Of a stretch of DNA of 49,383 bases, positions 38,628 through 49,300 are shown piece by piece. Numbering within the stretch: the first letter of the stretch is position 1; each line of letters starts with the position of its first letter. The stretch lies in NCBI GenBank assembly GCA_037142915.1, contig JBAWZR010000001.1:1-49383 (forward strand), given 5' to 3'. Both the position numbers and the translations under genes were made by a program. The notes beneath the pieces are model-generated. The model saw only the letters and a program-made list of their open reading frames with translations. It did no database searches and had not been told where the DNA came from. Source of the stretch: Candidatus Moraniibacteriota bacterium (GTDB lineage: Bacteria; Patescibacteriota; Minisyncoccia; Moranbacterales; UBA1568).

Positions 38628-39302
38628 TTAGTCGTTTTTTATAGCCAATATCCACAAGTGTTTTTCAGTGCTTCCATAGTCCTTCTCGTTGAGGGCTTTG
38701 AGAATCGTGAACCCGCATTGTGAAATAATATCCTTATTCGTTTCGGTATCAAAGTAACTCCAAGCCATTTTTGATTTGCAAAAGACATCTCTTTCTTTGT
38801 AGTCAACATCTTCGGTGCCGACAGTGATAAGCAGATGGCCGCTTGGTTTAAGGGTTGATGCTATTTTTGAAATCACTTCGGTATGTCGGTCTCGCGGAAT
38901 ATGAAAGAGCGCGTAAAGTGAAATGACGGCATCGAATTGCTCTTTCGGGAATGGATAATCAAGGAAATCTCCTAAGATATACTTTGTCTGCGGGACATTA
39001 TTGCGCGCCATGTCAATGTGTTTTTCCGATATGTCTATACCGGTAACATCATACCTCATTTGGATGAGATAGAGGTCGTAGGGAATACCCGGACCCGATC
39101 CAAGATCCAATACTTCCGATCCCTGTTTAAGTGTTTGCGTAAGTCCTTCGAAGAATAGTTTTTCAAAGGGAGTGAGTGAAAGTCTGTTTCTGTATACATC
39201 GGCGTAATCGCCTTCATCATAACCAGCTTTCACGGTATATTGACAGTATTGTGTAGTGTGGTATCCTACCTGTGTTGAGCAATTATATTTTTGTTTGACC
39301 AA
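38628..39302 (-). CDS. class I SAM-dependent methyltransferase
   Basis: EVLDLGSGPGIPYDL motif I, DVTGIDISEKHI, and AVISLYALFHIP. Apparent TTG start at 39302. Confidence 0.75.
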   Translation of the reverse strand: MVKQKYNCSTQVGYHTTQYCQYTVKAGYDEGDYADVYRNRLSLTPFEKLFFEGLTQTLKQGSEVLDLGSGPGIPYDLYLIQMRYDVTGIDISEKHIDMARNNVPQTKYILGDFLDYPFPKEQFDAVISLYALFHIPRDRHTEVISKIASTLKPSGHLLITVGTEDVDYKERDVFCKSKMAWSYFDTETNKDIISQCGFTILKALNEKDYGSTEKHLWILAIKND

Positions 39303-39519
39303 TATTGCTTAATAAGTGGTATTGAGTGGTATTAAATCCAAGATATTACGAATCTTAGATTTATCGGTGGTGTATAGCTTTGTGTACCCACCATATCATA
39401 TTGCAGTTCTTTAAAAGAGATTTTTTGAATCAAGTACATTTCGTTTCGTGCTTCTTTCATTAAATAAATAGTGCTGGTGCAAATCAGTGTTTTGTAAATT
39501 TAAAAAAGAGGATCCTCTA

Positions 39520-39987
39520 ATGGAAAATTTTGAAGCTTCTAAGTTTGCGGATTTTGACCTAGGCATGATCAGGTTAAAGCTGACTCATCCTGAAGAAGGT
39601 GAAGGTTGGTCGAAGGAATTCGCTGATGCGGTTGAGAAAGACTATCGACGTTTTTTGTACCTCAACGCAAAATATAAAGGTGCTGTGCTTGTGCCATCAA
39701 AATTAGTTGATAAGTACTGGCATTCGCATATTTTGGATACGCGAAAATATGCCCATGATTCAAATATGCTTTTCGGCGAATTCTTCCATCATTTTCCATA
39801 TTTCGGCATACGCGGAGCTGAAGATGAGGTGATGCATAGAAATGCTTTCGCCAATACTCAGCAGTTGTGGCTGAAAGAATTTGGAAAAATGCAAGATTCT
39901 CACACTAGCATACCTTTTTCCAGGGAAGCGTCAACCTGTCAAGGTGTTTGCTGTTGTGACGTTGTATCCTACAAAGAAGCAGCTTGA
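39520..39987 (+). CDS. GRDP/DUF1399-like protein with Cys-rich C-terminal tail
   Basis: LVDKYWHSHILDTRKYAHDSNMLFGEFFHHFPYFG is paralogous to 20189..20698. The C-terminal tail is EASTCQGVCCCDVVSYKEAA. ATG 39520 follows AAGAGGA. Confidence 0.6.
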   Translation: MENFEASKFADFDLGMIRLKLTHPEEGEGWSKEFADAVEKDYRRFLYLNAKYKGAVLVPSKLVDKYWHSHILDTRKYAHDSNMLFGEFFHHFPYFGIRGAEDEVMHRNAFANTQQLWLKEFGKMQDSHTSIPFSREASTCQGVCCCDVVSYKEAA

Positions 39988-40013
39988 TAATATTTGAGCC
40001 TTACCACCCCTTT

Positions 40014-40045
40014 AAACGGCACTGAATTTAGTGCCGTTTCTTACT
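40014..40045 (+). terminator. intrinsic terminator
   Basis: 10-bp stem AAACGGCACT/AGTGCCGTTT, followed by a T-rich tail. Confidence 0.6.
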
Positions 40046-40067
40046 TTATATATCGTTTGAAATATCT

Positions 40068-40934
40068 ATGAAATTTGAAAATGAATTAGAGAATAATAAA
40101 GATGTTTCTTGCGTCGAACTTGTTGACTTTGGTGGTGTAATTAATGGTGCAGAGAAAAAAGAGCAACGGAAAATTAAAGAGTTACTTGTTTTGGCAGAGA
40201 CATATAGGTTTTTATACGCTGTAAATTCAAAAAAGGTAGTTGGCTATATTTCTATACCAAAACATGTAACTCATGCCCCGTGTCTTATTCATCTGCGTGG
40301 CGGCGGCGGTGATTTTAGCATGTTACAAGAATCTTCTATTCTGGAAAAGCTTGTTAAGTTTTCCATGGAGGGATATGTCGTAATAACAACGCAATACCCA
40401 GGTGTTGAAGGTGGAGACGGATCCGATGCTTACGGCGGTCAGGAGGATATTTTAAGTATCATAAAGCTCAAAGATATTCTTGAGTCGATTTCAGTGGCAG
40501 ACACCAGAAAAATAGGTGTTAAGGGTCATTCGCGAGGAGGACTCATGGCATATATGCTTCTAAGAAAAGTTGATTGGGTTACCTGTGCTGTTATCGGGAG
40601 CGCGCCAGTGGATCAAATACAGCTAGTAAGGGAGCGCAGTGAATGGAGAGAATATCAAATTTCAATGTGGGGTTATTCAAAGAACGATGCTATTGATAGA
40701 TCCCCTATATACTGGTCACGTGATCTGCCTGAAAATAGTCCATTATTGCTGGTTCATGGATCTTCCGATGAAAGAGTGGACGTTTCGCATTCATTGCGAA
40801 TGAATGCGAGTTTAGATGAGTTATCAATCCCTCATGAATTTATTTTATTCGAAGGCGATGATCATGGTATAACCAGGCATAAGCAAGAATATTTTGATCG
40901 AACACTGAATTGGTTTAATCGATTTTTAAGATAA
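40068..40934 (+). CDS. alpha/beta hydrolase, S9 prolyl-oligopeptidase / dienelactone-hydrolase-like
   Basis: Nucleophile elbow GVKGHSRGG, LLVHGSSDERVD, and GDDHG suggest a Ser-Asp-His triad arrangement. Confidence 0.7.
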   Translation: MKFENELENNKDVSCVELVDFGGVINGAEKKEQRKIKELLVLAETYRFLYAVNSKKVVGYISIPKHVTHAPCLIHLRGGGGDFSMLQESSILEKLVKFSMEGYVVITTQYPGVEGGDGSDAYGGQEDILSIIKLKDILESISVADTRKIGVKGHSRGGLMAYMLLRKVDWVTCAVIGSAPVDQIQLVRERSEWREYQISMWGYSKNDAIDRSPIYWSRDLPENSPLLLVHGSSDERVDVSHSLRMNASLDELSIPHEFILFEGDDHGITRHKQEYFDRTLNWFNRFLR

Positions 40935-40976
40935 AGAGAACTTCTATCAAATGTAAGGTTTCGCGATTAACTTGAT

Positions 40977-41275
40977 AAAAAGAGGCTTTTATAAAGGAAA
41001 AAATGAAGATTAACCTTTAGGGTATCCTCTGGTAAACAAATAGTGGCTAAATAAATTCCAACCTTGTCCAAAATTTCCGGCCATTCGGAACGAGCAGTCG
41101 CGCAAGCGTCTGTTTTTGTTTTACTTCTGCAAAAATACGGTATAGAATAGGGGTAAGAGATTTTGAATTCCTCCCCACCTTTGCGAAGGCGGGGATTGAG
41201 GGGCGGTTGAGTTGCATGCGGCTCTGATACAACACCATCCCTCCAGTGGGACAAGAAAGGGCTCTTGAAAGCCAT
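40977..41275 (+). repeat. module A copy 3 (299-nt long form)
   Basis: Aligns to 30592-30890 and, for the core 41110-41275, to 22139-22304. TTTACT 41120-41125 and TAGAAT 41143-41148. It ends 92 nt before ATG 41368. Confidence 0.85.
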
Positions 41276-41367
41276 CCGCATCGGGGAGCGCAAGGCGAGA
41301 AGGTATCGCAAGGAGGATATTCTGAAGATGATTGAGGATAAATAAAAACAAAATATATTATATTACT

Positions 41368-43818
41368 ATGGCGATCAAGAAATCTCAACTGTACAGCTCT
41401 ATATGGAAAGCGTGTGATGAATTGCGTGGCGGAATGGATGCATCGCAGTATAAGGACTATGTGTTGGTACTTTTATTTGTCCGGTATGTATCCGACAAAT
41501 ACAGTAATCTTGAGGATTCGTTGGTGGAAATTCCAAAGGGTGGTGGCTTTGTAGATCTTATTGCACTCAAAGGGACAACGGATATTGGAAGCGGTATCAA
41601 TATAGTGTTGTCGAAATTGGCAAGCGCCAACGGACTTGTCGGTGTGATAGATCAAGTGGATTTTGATGATGAAGACAAACTTGGAAAGGGTAAGGAAATG
41701 CAAGATCGTCTTTCTGCATTGATTGGTATATTTGAAAATGCGGATTTGGATTTTAGTAAGAACCGCGCTGAAGGGGATGATCTTTTGGGCGATGCCTATG
41801 AGTATTTGATGAAACATTTTGCGGTGCAATCAGGAAAAAGCAAGGGTCAATTCTATACTCCAGCAGAAGTATCGCGCATTATGGCAAAGGTGATCGATGC
41901 TCGGCATTCATCCGGACAAACACAAACCGTGTACGATCCAGCATGCGGGAGTGGCTCGCTTCTCTTGAAAGTTGCCGATGAAGCGCACAAAGGTATCACT
42001 ATTTACGGGCAAGAATTGGACAATGCCACTGCCGGATTGGCCGTCCTGAATATGTGGCTTCACGGGAGAGCTATTTCCACCATCAAGAAAGGGCAGAGTA
42101 CGCTTTCCGATCCTCTTTTTACTGAGAATAGGGAGCTCAAAACATTTGATTATGTAGTTGCCAATCCGCCTTTCTCTTCAAAAAATTGGCGCAACGGTTT
42201 TGATCCTTCCAATGATACATACGATCGTTTTGACGGCTATGGTATCCCGCCCGAGAAAAATGGCGATTACGCTTTTTTGCTTCACATTCTCAAGTCATTA
42301 AAAAGCACGGGAACGGGTGCAGTCATTTTGCCTCACGGTGTTTTGTTTCGTGGCAATGTGGAGGCGGATATTCGCACCAACATCATCCATCGCGGATATA
42401 TCAAAGGTATCATTGGTTTGCCTGCCAATCTTTTCTATGGCACGGGTATTCCGGCTTGTATTATCGTGTTGGACAAAGCGGGCGCAGGGGAGCGCAAGGG
42501 GATTTTTATGATCGATGCTTCCAAAGGATTCGTCAAAGACGGCAACAAAAACCGTCTGCGTGAGCAAGACATCCGCAAGATCACAGATGCGTGGAGCAAT
42601 GCTTTAGAAATTCCAAAATACTCCCGTTTCGTTTCCAATGAGGAAATTCACAAAAACGAATACAATCTCAATCTTCCTCGGTATATTGATACGCAAGCGC
42701 CCGAAGATATTCAAGATATCGAGGCTCATCTCAAAGGTGGTATTCCTGATGGCGATATCGAAATCCTCGCTCCGTATTGGCAGGTCTGTCCGACGCTCAA
42801 GAAAGCGCTTTTCAAAAAGAACGGTCGAGCGGGGTATAGTGAGATGCTCATCGCGCACGACGAGGTCAAGAAAACCATCCTCACACATCCCGAATTTCTG
42901 ACATTCAAAAAACAAACCCTTGCAACCTTTACCGAGTGGAAAGAAATATCGACGCCATTTTTCAAAGCACTCTCGCAAAAGGATCACCCTAAGGCTATCA
43001 TCTCAACCATTACCGAAACACTCTTGCAACACTGCGCAGATTTTCGTTTGATTGACAAATATGACCTCTATCAACACCTGATGAATTATTGGGAAGAGAC
43101 GATGCAAGACGATGCGTATGTCATCACGGTGGACGGCTGGCAAGCAGGCAAGGAATTGATGCGTATGCAAAAAGAAACCAAAAACAAAGGCAAGAACGTC
43201 AAAAAAACGGTGCCGGGACTCTATGGTCTTGAAGGGCGATTGGTGCCGATCGAACTTGCCATCGAAACCTATTTTTCCAAAGAGCAATCTGCACTCGATG
43301 CGCTCATTATCGCATTGGAGCAAACAGGTGCCGATATGGAAGCATTCAAAGATGAACACGGAGGCGAGGATGGTCTGCTTGCCGAGGTGATCGAGAATGA
43401 CAAGATTAAAAAAATTGATGTGCAAAAACGCATCAAGATGATCAAAAAGAGCAAGGCTGATGCCGAGGAGTTGGCAGTGCTTGAGTTGTATCTTGCGCTC
43501 TTTGAAAAAGAAACCGCAACCAAACAATTCATCAAAGATGCCGAGAAGGATTTGGAGAACAAACTCTTGGCGAAGTACCCGACACTTTCAGAAGAAGAAA
43601 TCAAGACACTGACTATCGATAAAAAATGGATGGGTGAATTGACCATGCGGGTAACGGGCGAGGTGGATCGCTTGTCGCAAACCCTTGCCGGAAGGGTCAA
43701 GGAATTGGCGGAGCGTTATGAGACACCCTTGCCGATCATTAAGCGGGAAGTGGAAACATTGACCGAGAAAGTCGAGCAACATCTGACAAAGATGGGTTTT
43801 GATGTGACAAAACTATGA
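41368..43818 (+). CDS. hsdM: Type I R-M DNA methyltransferase subunit (long form with coiled-coil C-terminal extension)
   Basis: SQLYSSIWKACDELRGGMDASQYKDYVLVLLFVRYVSDKY, VYDPACGSGSLLL, and VANPPFS. 816 aa. Confidence 0.95.
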   Translation: MAIKKSQLYSSIWKACDELRGGMDASQYKDYVLVLLFVRYVSDKYSNLEDSLVEIPKGGGFVDLIALKGTTDIGSGINIVLSKLASANGLVGVIDQVDFDDEDKLGKGKEMQDRLSALIGIFENADLDFSKNRAEGDDLLGDAYEYLMKHFAVQSGKSKGQFYTPAEVSRIMAKVIDARHSSGQTQTVYDPACGSGSLLLKVADEAHKGITIYGQELDNATAGLAVLNMWLHGRAISTIKKGQSTLSDPLFTENRELKTFDYVVANPPFSSKNWRNGFDPSNDTYDRFDGYGIPPEKNGDYAFLLHILKSLKSTGTGAVILPHGVLFRGNVEADIRTNIIHRGYIKGIIGLPANLFYGTGIPACIIVLDKAGAGERKGIFMIDASKGFVKDGNKNRLREQDIRKITDAWSNALEIPKYSRFVSNEEIHKNEYNLNLPRYIDTQAPEDIQDIEAHLKGGIPDGDIEILAPYWQVCPTLKKALFKKNGRAGYSEMLIAHDEVKKTILTHPEFLTFKKQTLATFTEWKEISTPFFKALSQKDHPKAIISTITETLLQHCADFRLIDKYDLYQHLMNYWEETMQDDAYVITVDGWQAGKELMRMQKETKNKGKNVKKTVPGLYGLEGRLVPIELAIETYFSKEQSALDALIIALEQTGADMEAFKDEHGGEDGLLAEVIENDKIKKIDVQKRIKMIKKSKADAEELAVLELYLALFEKETATKQFIKDAEKDLENKLLAKYPTLSEEEIKTLTIDKKWMGELTMRVTGEVDRLSQTLAGRVKELAERYETPLPIIKREVETLTEKVEQHLTKMGFDVTKL

Positions 43819-45047
43819 GTGCGAATATGACGAACATCAAAAAGGGGTACAAACAAACCGAGATCGGCGTGATTCCGGAGGATTGGGAGGTGAAGAAGCT
43901 GGGAGATGTTGGAGAGATAAGAATGTGCAGACGAATTTTTAATCACGAAACTGAAGCAATAGGTGTAATTCCTTTTTATAAGATTGGAACATTTGGAAAA
44001 GATGCAGATGCCTACATATCACAAGATTTGTATGATAGCTATCGGCGAAGATTTTCATTTCCTAAAAAAGGAGATGTATTGATTTCTGCCGCTGGAACTA
44101 TAGGAAGAACGATAGTTTATGATGGAAAGCCGGCTTATTTTCAGGATTCAAATATAATATGGATTGATAATGATGAGATACTTATTTCTAATAGATACCT
44201 TTATTATGTGTTTCAAATTGTAAAATATAATACTGAAGGAGGGACAATTCAAAGGTTGTACAATAGTATTCTTCATAATACGAGTTTTATTTGTTCTACA
44301 AAACCCGAACAAGAAGCCATTGCGGAGGTGCTTTCGGATGCGGATGCTTTGATTGAGCAATTGGGAATGCTTATCGAGAAGAAAAAGAACCTCAAGCAAG
44401 CCACGATGCAACAACTCCTCACTGGTAAAAAAAGACTGTCTGGGTTTAGCGGTGAATGGAAAGTGATGCGATTGGGAGATATCGCAGAATTTTATAAAGG
44501 AAAAGGTTTACCAAAAAGCGCAATAATATCGGATGGAAAGTATAAATGTATTCATTATGGTGAGTTATTTACGTTATATCCCGAAGAAATAAAAGAAGTC
44601 TTGAGTCGTACGGATGAGAGAGAAAATTTTCTTTTCTCACATATTGATGATGTATTGATGCCAACGTCAGATGTTACACCAAATGGTTTAGCAAAAGCTA
44701 GTTGTGTTAAGGAGGAAGGGGTTATTCTTGGCGGTGATATTTTAGTTATACGTTTGTTTGAGGGTATTTTAGACGGTGTATTTTTGGCATATAGTATACG
44801 ACACAGTAAAGATAAAATAATGCAGTTAGTTTCTGGATCAACAGTTTATCATCTGTACAGTTCTGATATGAGAAGATATGAGCTCTTAGTTCCGCCAACA
44901 ATCGAAGAACAAAAAGCTATCACTGCCATCCTCTCCGATATGGACGCTGAAATCGAAGCCTTGGAAAAAGAAAGAGCGAAGTATCAATCCATCAAACAAG
45001 GCATGATGCAGTCCCTCCTCACCGGTGCCATACGTTTGGCATGTTAA
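43815..45047 (+). CDS. hsdS: Type I R-M specificity subunit
   Basis: Two TRD halves with conserved helices (PEQEAIAEVLSDADALIEQL...ATMQQLLTGKKRL and IEEQKAITAILSDMDAEIEAL...GMMQSLLTGAIRL). 4-nt overlap with hsdM. Confidence 0.9.
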   Translation: MSANMTNIKKGYKQTEIGVIPEDWEVKKLGDVGEIRMCRRIFNHETEAIGVIPFYKIGTFGKDADAYISQDLYDSYRRRFSFPKKGDVLISAAGTIGRTIVYDGKPAYFQDSNIIWIDNDEILISNRYLYYVFQIVKYNTEGGTIQRLYNSILHNTSFICSTKPEQEAIAEVLSDADALIEQLGMLIEKKKNLKQATMQQLLTGKKRLSGFSGEWKVMRLGDIAEFYKGKGLPKSAIISDGKYKCIHYGELFTLYPEEIKEVLSRTDERENFLFSHIDDVLMPTSDVTPNGLAKASCVKEEGVILGGDILVIRLFEGILDGVFLAYSIRHSKDKIMQLVSGSTVYHLYSSDMRRYELLVPPTIEEQKAITAILSDMDAEIEALEKERAKYQSIKQGMMQSLLTGAIRLAC

Positions 45048-45162
45048 GTGAGCAAAGTCTGAATTGATAAGTAACAGTAGTGGCTTTTTAGAAGTATATT
45101 GCTTAAAATAGGCATTTATAGTACACTTATGTAAAGTAACTAAGCAGTATAAAAAAAGTACT

Positions 45163-46323
45163 ATGAACAGCGCAACAGACATACGTATTCCTGATCCGGC
45201 ATGGGGGAGTACACTTGCCGGAGTAGTTTTGGATCTCGAGAAGCTTCGCTCGAGGAAGCTTTTTGGCGAGGTGCCGGCGCATATCTTTTTCCAGCTCAAG
45301 GAAACCTTTCAAATACTCGAAACCTTGGGATCGGCAAGGATTGAGGGAAACAACACGACACTACCGGCTTATGTTGAGAAAATCATAGAAGGAAAAACAA
45401 AAAAAGACGAGAGTCAACGGGAGATTAAAAACTTGGAGGATGCTATAAAGTTTATAGAAGAAAACACCACGGAGAACACTGTGATTACACGTGCTTATAT
45501 TTCGGAGCTTCACAAAATTGTTACCAGAGACCTTGCTCCACCGCCTAGTGGAGAGGGATCAAATAATCCCGGCGGGCTTCGGATGGTCAATGTGATTATC
45601 AAAAAATCACAACATACCCCTCCTGATGTGGCTGTGTTGCCGGAGCATTTCGAGAAATTTTTGGAGTTTATCAATACTGACTTTGGCGAACAATATCAAC
45701 TTTTGATGGTAGCGGTATCGCATCATCGGTTCGCGCATATTCACCCATTTGACAATGGTAACGGAAGAATGGGGAGACTACTCAATTACGCCTTGCTTAT
45801 CAAGTCCGGTTTTCAGGTAAAGAAAGGGAGGATTATCAATCCTTCGTCCGTGTTTTATGGTAACAGGGATAAGTATTACGATATGCTTTCTGTTGCCGAT
45901 TCGCTTGCGGATGCGGATGTTTTGTCATGGGCGGAATATTTCCTTTTGGGCTTGAAAAATGAGATTGAAAAAGTGGATTGTCTTTTGGGAAAGAAGTATG
46001 TCGAGGAAGAAATCTTTCTTCCGGCATTGGCATCCGCTTTGGAGAAGAAATATATTACCGATCAAGAATGTGACATTCTCAAGTATTTGGTTTCAAAGGA
46101 CGATATGTCAATGAAGGCAGAGGAATTGGATGCTCTCGGTATCAGCGGATCTGTGCAAAAATCGAGAACAATGACGAAGCTTCGTGATAAAAAGATGATT
46201 CGTCCTCTCACAAAAGGCGGAAGGATTTACACAATACACTTTATCAATAACTATTTATTGAGGAGTGTGATAGATGTTCTCGAGCAAAAAGGATTTGTCT
46301 CGGATTTCTTAAATAAAAACTAA
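45163..46323 (+). CDS. fic: Fic family protein embedded in the Type I R-M locus
   Basis: Canonical Fic motif HPFDNGNGRMGRLL. 386 aa. It lies between hsdS and hsdR. Confidence 0.9.
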   Translation: MNSATDIRIPDPAWGSTLAGVVLDLEKLRSRKLFGEVPAHIFFQLKETFQILETLGSARIEGNNTTLPAYVEKIIEGKTKKDESQREIKNLEDAIKFIEENTTENTVITRAYISELHKIVTRDLAPPPSGEGSNNPGGLRMVNVIIKKSQHTPPDVAVLPEHFEKFLEFINTDFGEQYQLLMVAVSHHRFAHIHPFDNGNGRMGRLLNYALLIKSGFQVKKGRIINPSSVFYGNRDKYYDMLSVADSLADADVLSWAEYFLLGLKNEIEKVDCLLGKKYVEEEIFLPALASALEKKYITDQECDILKYLVSKDDMSMKAEELDALGISGSVQKSRTMTKLRDKKMIRPLTKGGRIYTIHFINNYLLRSVIDVLEQKGFVSDFLNKN

Positions 46324-46329
46324 CGCATT

Positions 46330-49300
46330 ATGCAAACATTTCAATCACCCACAGTCGGACAATTGGAACGCAAGACGCAAAATCGAATCGTAACACTGCT
46401 TCGCGATACGCTCGGCTATGACTATCTTGGCAATTGGGAAGATCGCGAGAATAATAGTAATGTCGAGGAAGAATACTTGCGAGCCTTCCTTGTGAAGTCG
46501 GGACACAGTGAGACACTCATCGTCAAAGCCATCGAAGAGCTCAAGAAAACGGTCAATCGCTCGCAAATGGCGCTCTACGATCTCAATAAGGAGACATATG
46601 GGCTATTGCGCTATGGCGTGAGTGTACGCGAGGGATTGGGTGATAAAAATACGCGTGTCGCTTTTATCGATTGGAAGCATCCGGAGAGCAATCATTTTGC
46701 CATTGCTGAAGAAGTGACCATTCGAGGCAATCGGGTCAAGCGTCCGGACATCGTGCTGTATGTCAATGGTATCGCATTTGGTGTGATCGAGCTCAAACGA
46801 AGCACGGTCTCGGTATCCGAAGGCATCCGACAAAATATTGGCAATCAAAAAGACGACTTTATCAAAAACTTTTTTGCCACGATGCAATTGGTGATGGCGG
46901 GCAATGATACTGAAGGCTTGCGCTATGGTACGACCAACACAGAAGAGTCATACTATTTGTCATGGAAAGAAGCGGGGTCTGAGGAAACATTGTTATTGGA
47001 TCGATCGGTGATGCAATTGTGTCGCAAAGATCGGTTTTTGGAGATGATTCATGATTTCATTGTTTTTGATAGCGGAATCAAGAAAACGTGTCGGCACAAT
47101 CAATACTTTGGTGTGAAGAAGGCTCAGGAATATATGAAACGTCGCGAGGGCGGGATTATTTGGCATACCCAAGGGTCGGGCAAGAGCTTGACGATGGTGT
47201 GGCTTGCCAAGTGGATACGGGAAAATATTACCGATGCGCGCGTGTTGCTTTTGACCGATCGGACGGAGCTTGATGAACAATTGGAAAAAGTCTTTATCGG
47301 AGTGGATGAAAAATCCATCAAACGGATACGTCCTCAAAATGGTCTTTCGGGTGGGCGGATGCTAATGGAGACACTTAACAAAAAAGAGGATTGGCTGATG
47401 TGCGCTTTGATTCACAAATTCGGATTGGGAGACAAAACTGGTGCAGATGAAGAAGTGAATCGTTATGTGACGGATATGCGAAGCGGTTTTGGATCGGACT
47501 TTTCCGCCAAAGGAAATTTGTTTGTGTTTGTGGATGAATGCCACCGAACGCATACAGGAGCATTACACGAAGCTATGAAAGAGATGCTTCCTGATGCGGT
47601 GTTTGTTGGTTTCACGGGGACACCTCTGCTCAAAGTGGAGAAGAAAGCGGACTTGCTTGCACAAAGCAATCGCGTATGGGGAGACTATATCCATACCTAT
47701 AAATACGATGAAGCGGTGGCGGATAAAGTGGTGCTTGATTTGCGCTATGAAGCGCGTCGAGTGGCACAGAGAATTGTTGAACAAGACAAGATCGATGAGT
47801 GGTTTGAAACTCGCACCAAAGGACTGACCGATGTCGCCAAGTCCGAATTGAAGCGACGTTGGGGGACGATGCAAAGCCTGCTTTCTTCGAAGGGTCGCTT
47901 GGAAAAAGTGGTGTTTGATATTGTTGATGATTTTTACAAAAAAGATCGCTTGTCGAGCGGTCGTGGCAATGCGATGCTCGTGGCGAGCAGTATTTATGAG
48001 GCGTGTCAGTACTATGAGATTTTTCAGACGGCGGGATTTACCAAGTGTGCGGTGGTGACGTCTTATGAGCCCGACGCTCTTTCAACCGATACGCGCGAAT
48101 ATGCCATTTACCGACAAATGATCGAGGACTTCAAGAAGAATTACGGAGCCATTACCAAAAAATCGGGAGAAAGTGAAACCGATGCTTTTGAGCGTCAAGT
48201 GAAAAAGATATTTATCGATGAACCGGGTAGAATGCAATTGCTTATCGTGGTGGACAAGCTTTTGACGGGTTTTGACGCGCCACCAGCAACCTATTTGTAC
48301 ATCGACCGAAATATGCAGGATCACGGATTGTTTCAGGCTATTTGCCGTGTGAATCGTTTGGACGGTGAGGATAAAGAATATGGGTATATTGTGGACTATC
48401 GTGATCTGTTCAAGAAATTGGAAAGTGCTGTCACCGAATATACCGGTGGGGCTTTGGATGGATTTGATGCGGGAGATATAACGGGTCTTTTGAAGGACAG
48501 ATTGGGAGAAGGAAAGAAAGATTTGGAAGATGCTTTGGAAATCGTGCGTGCCTTGTGTGAACCGGTGCAACCGCCCAAGGACAATCCTTCGTATATACGC
48601 TATTTCTGCGGAGACACGGAGAATCCGTATGCTCTCAAAGAGAACGAGATGAAGCGAGTGAAACTGTACAAGTCAGTGAGTCATTTGCTTCGCGCTTATG
48701 CCGACGTTGCTAATGAGATGACGGATGCCGGCTTTGATGAGGGTCAGATCAATGCTATTCAAAGGGAGGTGAGACATTATGAGCAAGTGAGAGGTGAGGT
48801 GAAATTGGCATCGGGTGACTATATCGACCTGCGAAAATATGAGAAGGATATGCGAATGTTGATCAATAATTTCGTGGGCGCTGATGCGAGCGATAAAATA
48901 TCGACCTTTGATGATATGACGATTGTCGATTTGCTTTTGCAAAAAGGGGATGATGCTCTTAATGACTTGCCTGAGGCGGTGCGTAAAAGTCGTGAAGCAG
49001 TCCAAGAAACAATTGAAAACAATATCCGCAAGCTCATTATCGATGAGATGCCGACGAACCCGAAGTATTACAATAGTATGTCTGAGCTTTTGAGTGAGCT
49101 GATACGGAAACGAAAACAAGAGGATGTGGAATATACGGAATACTTGGAGCAGATAAAGGTTTTGTGTAAAAAAGTGAAAGACCCAATGAGCGATACATCA
49201 ATTGTAGGGATAGATACTCCCGCCAAACGTGCACTATATGACAACCTCGGAAAGGATACAGCGAAAGCTCAAGCCGTACATGAAGCCGTGATGCGTTCAC

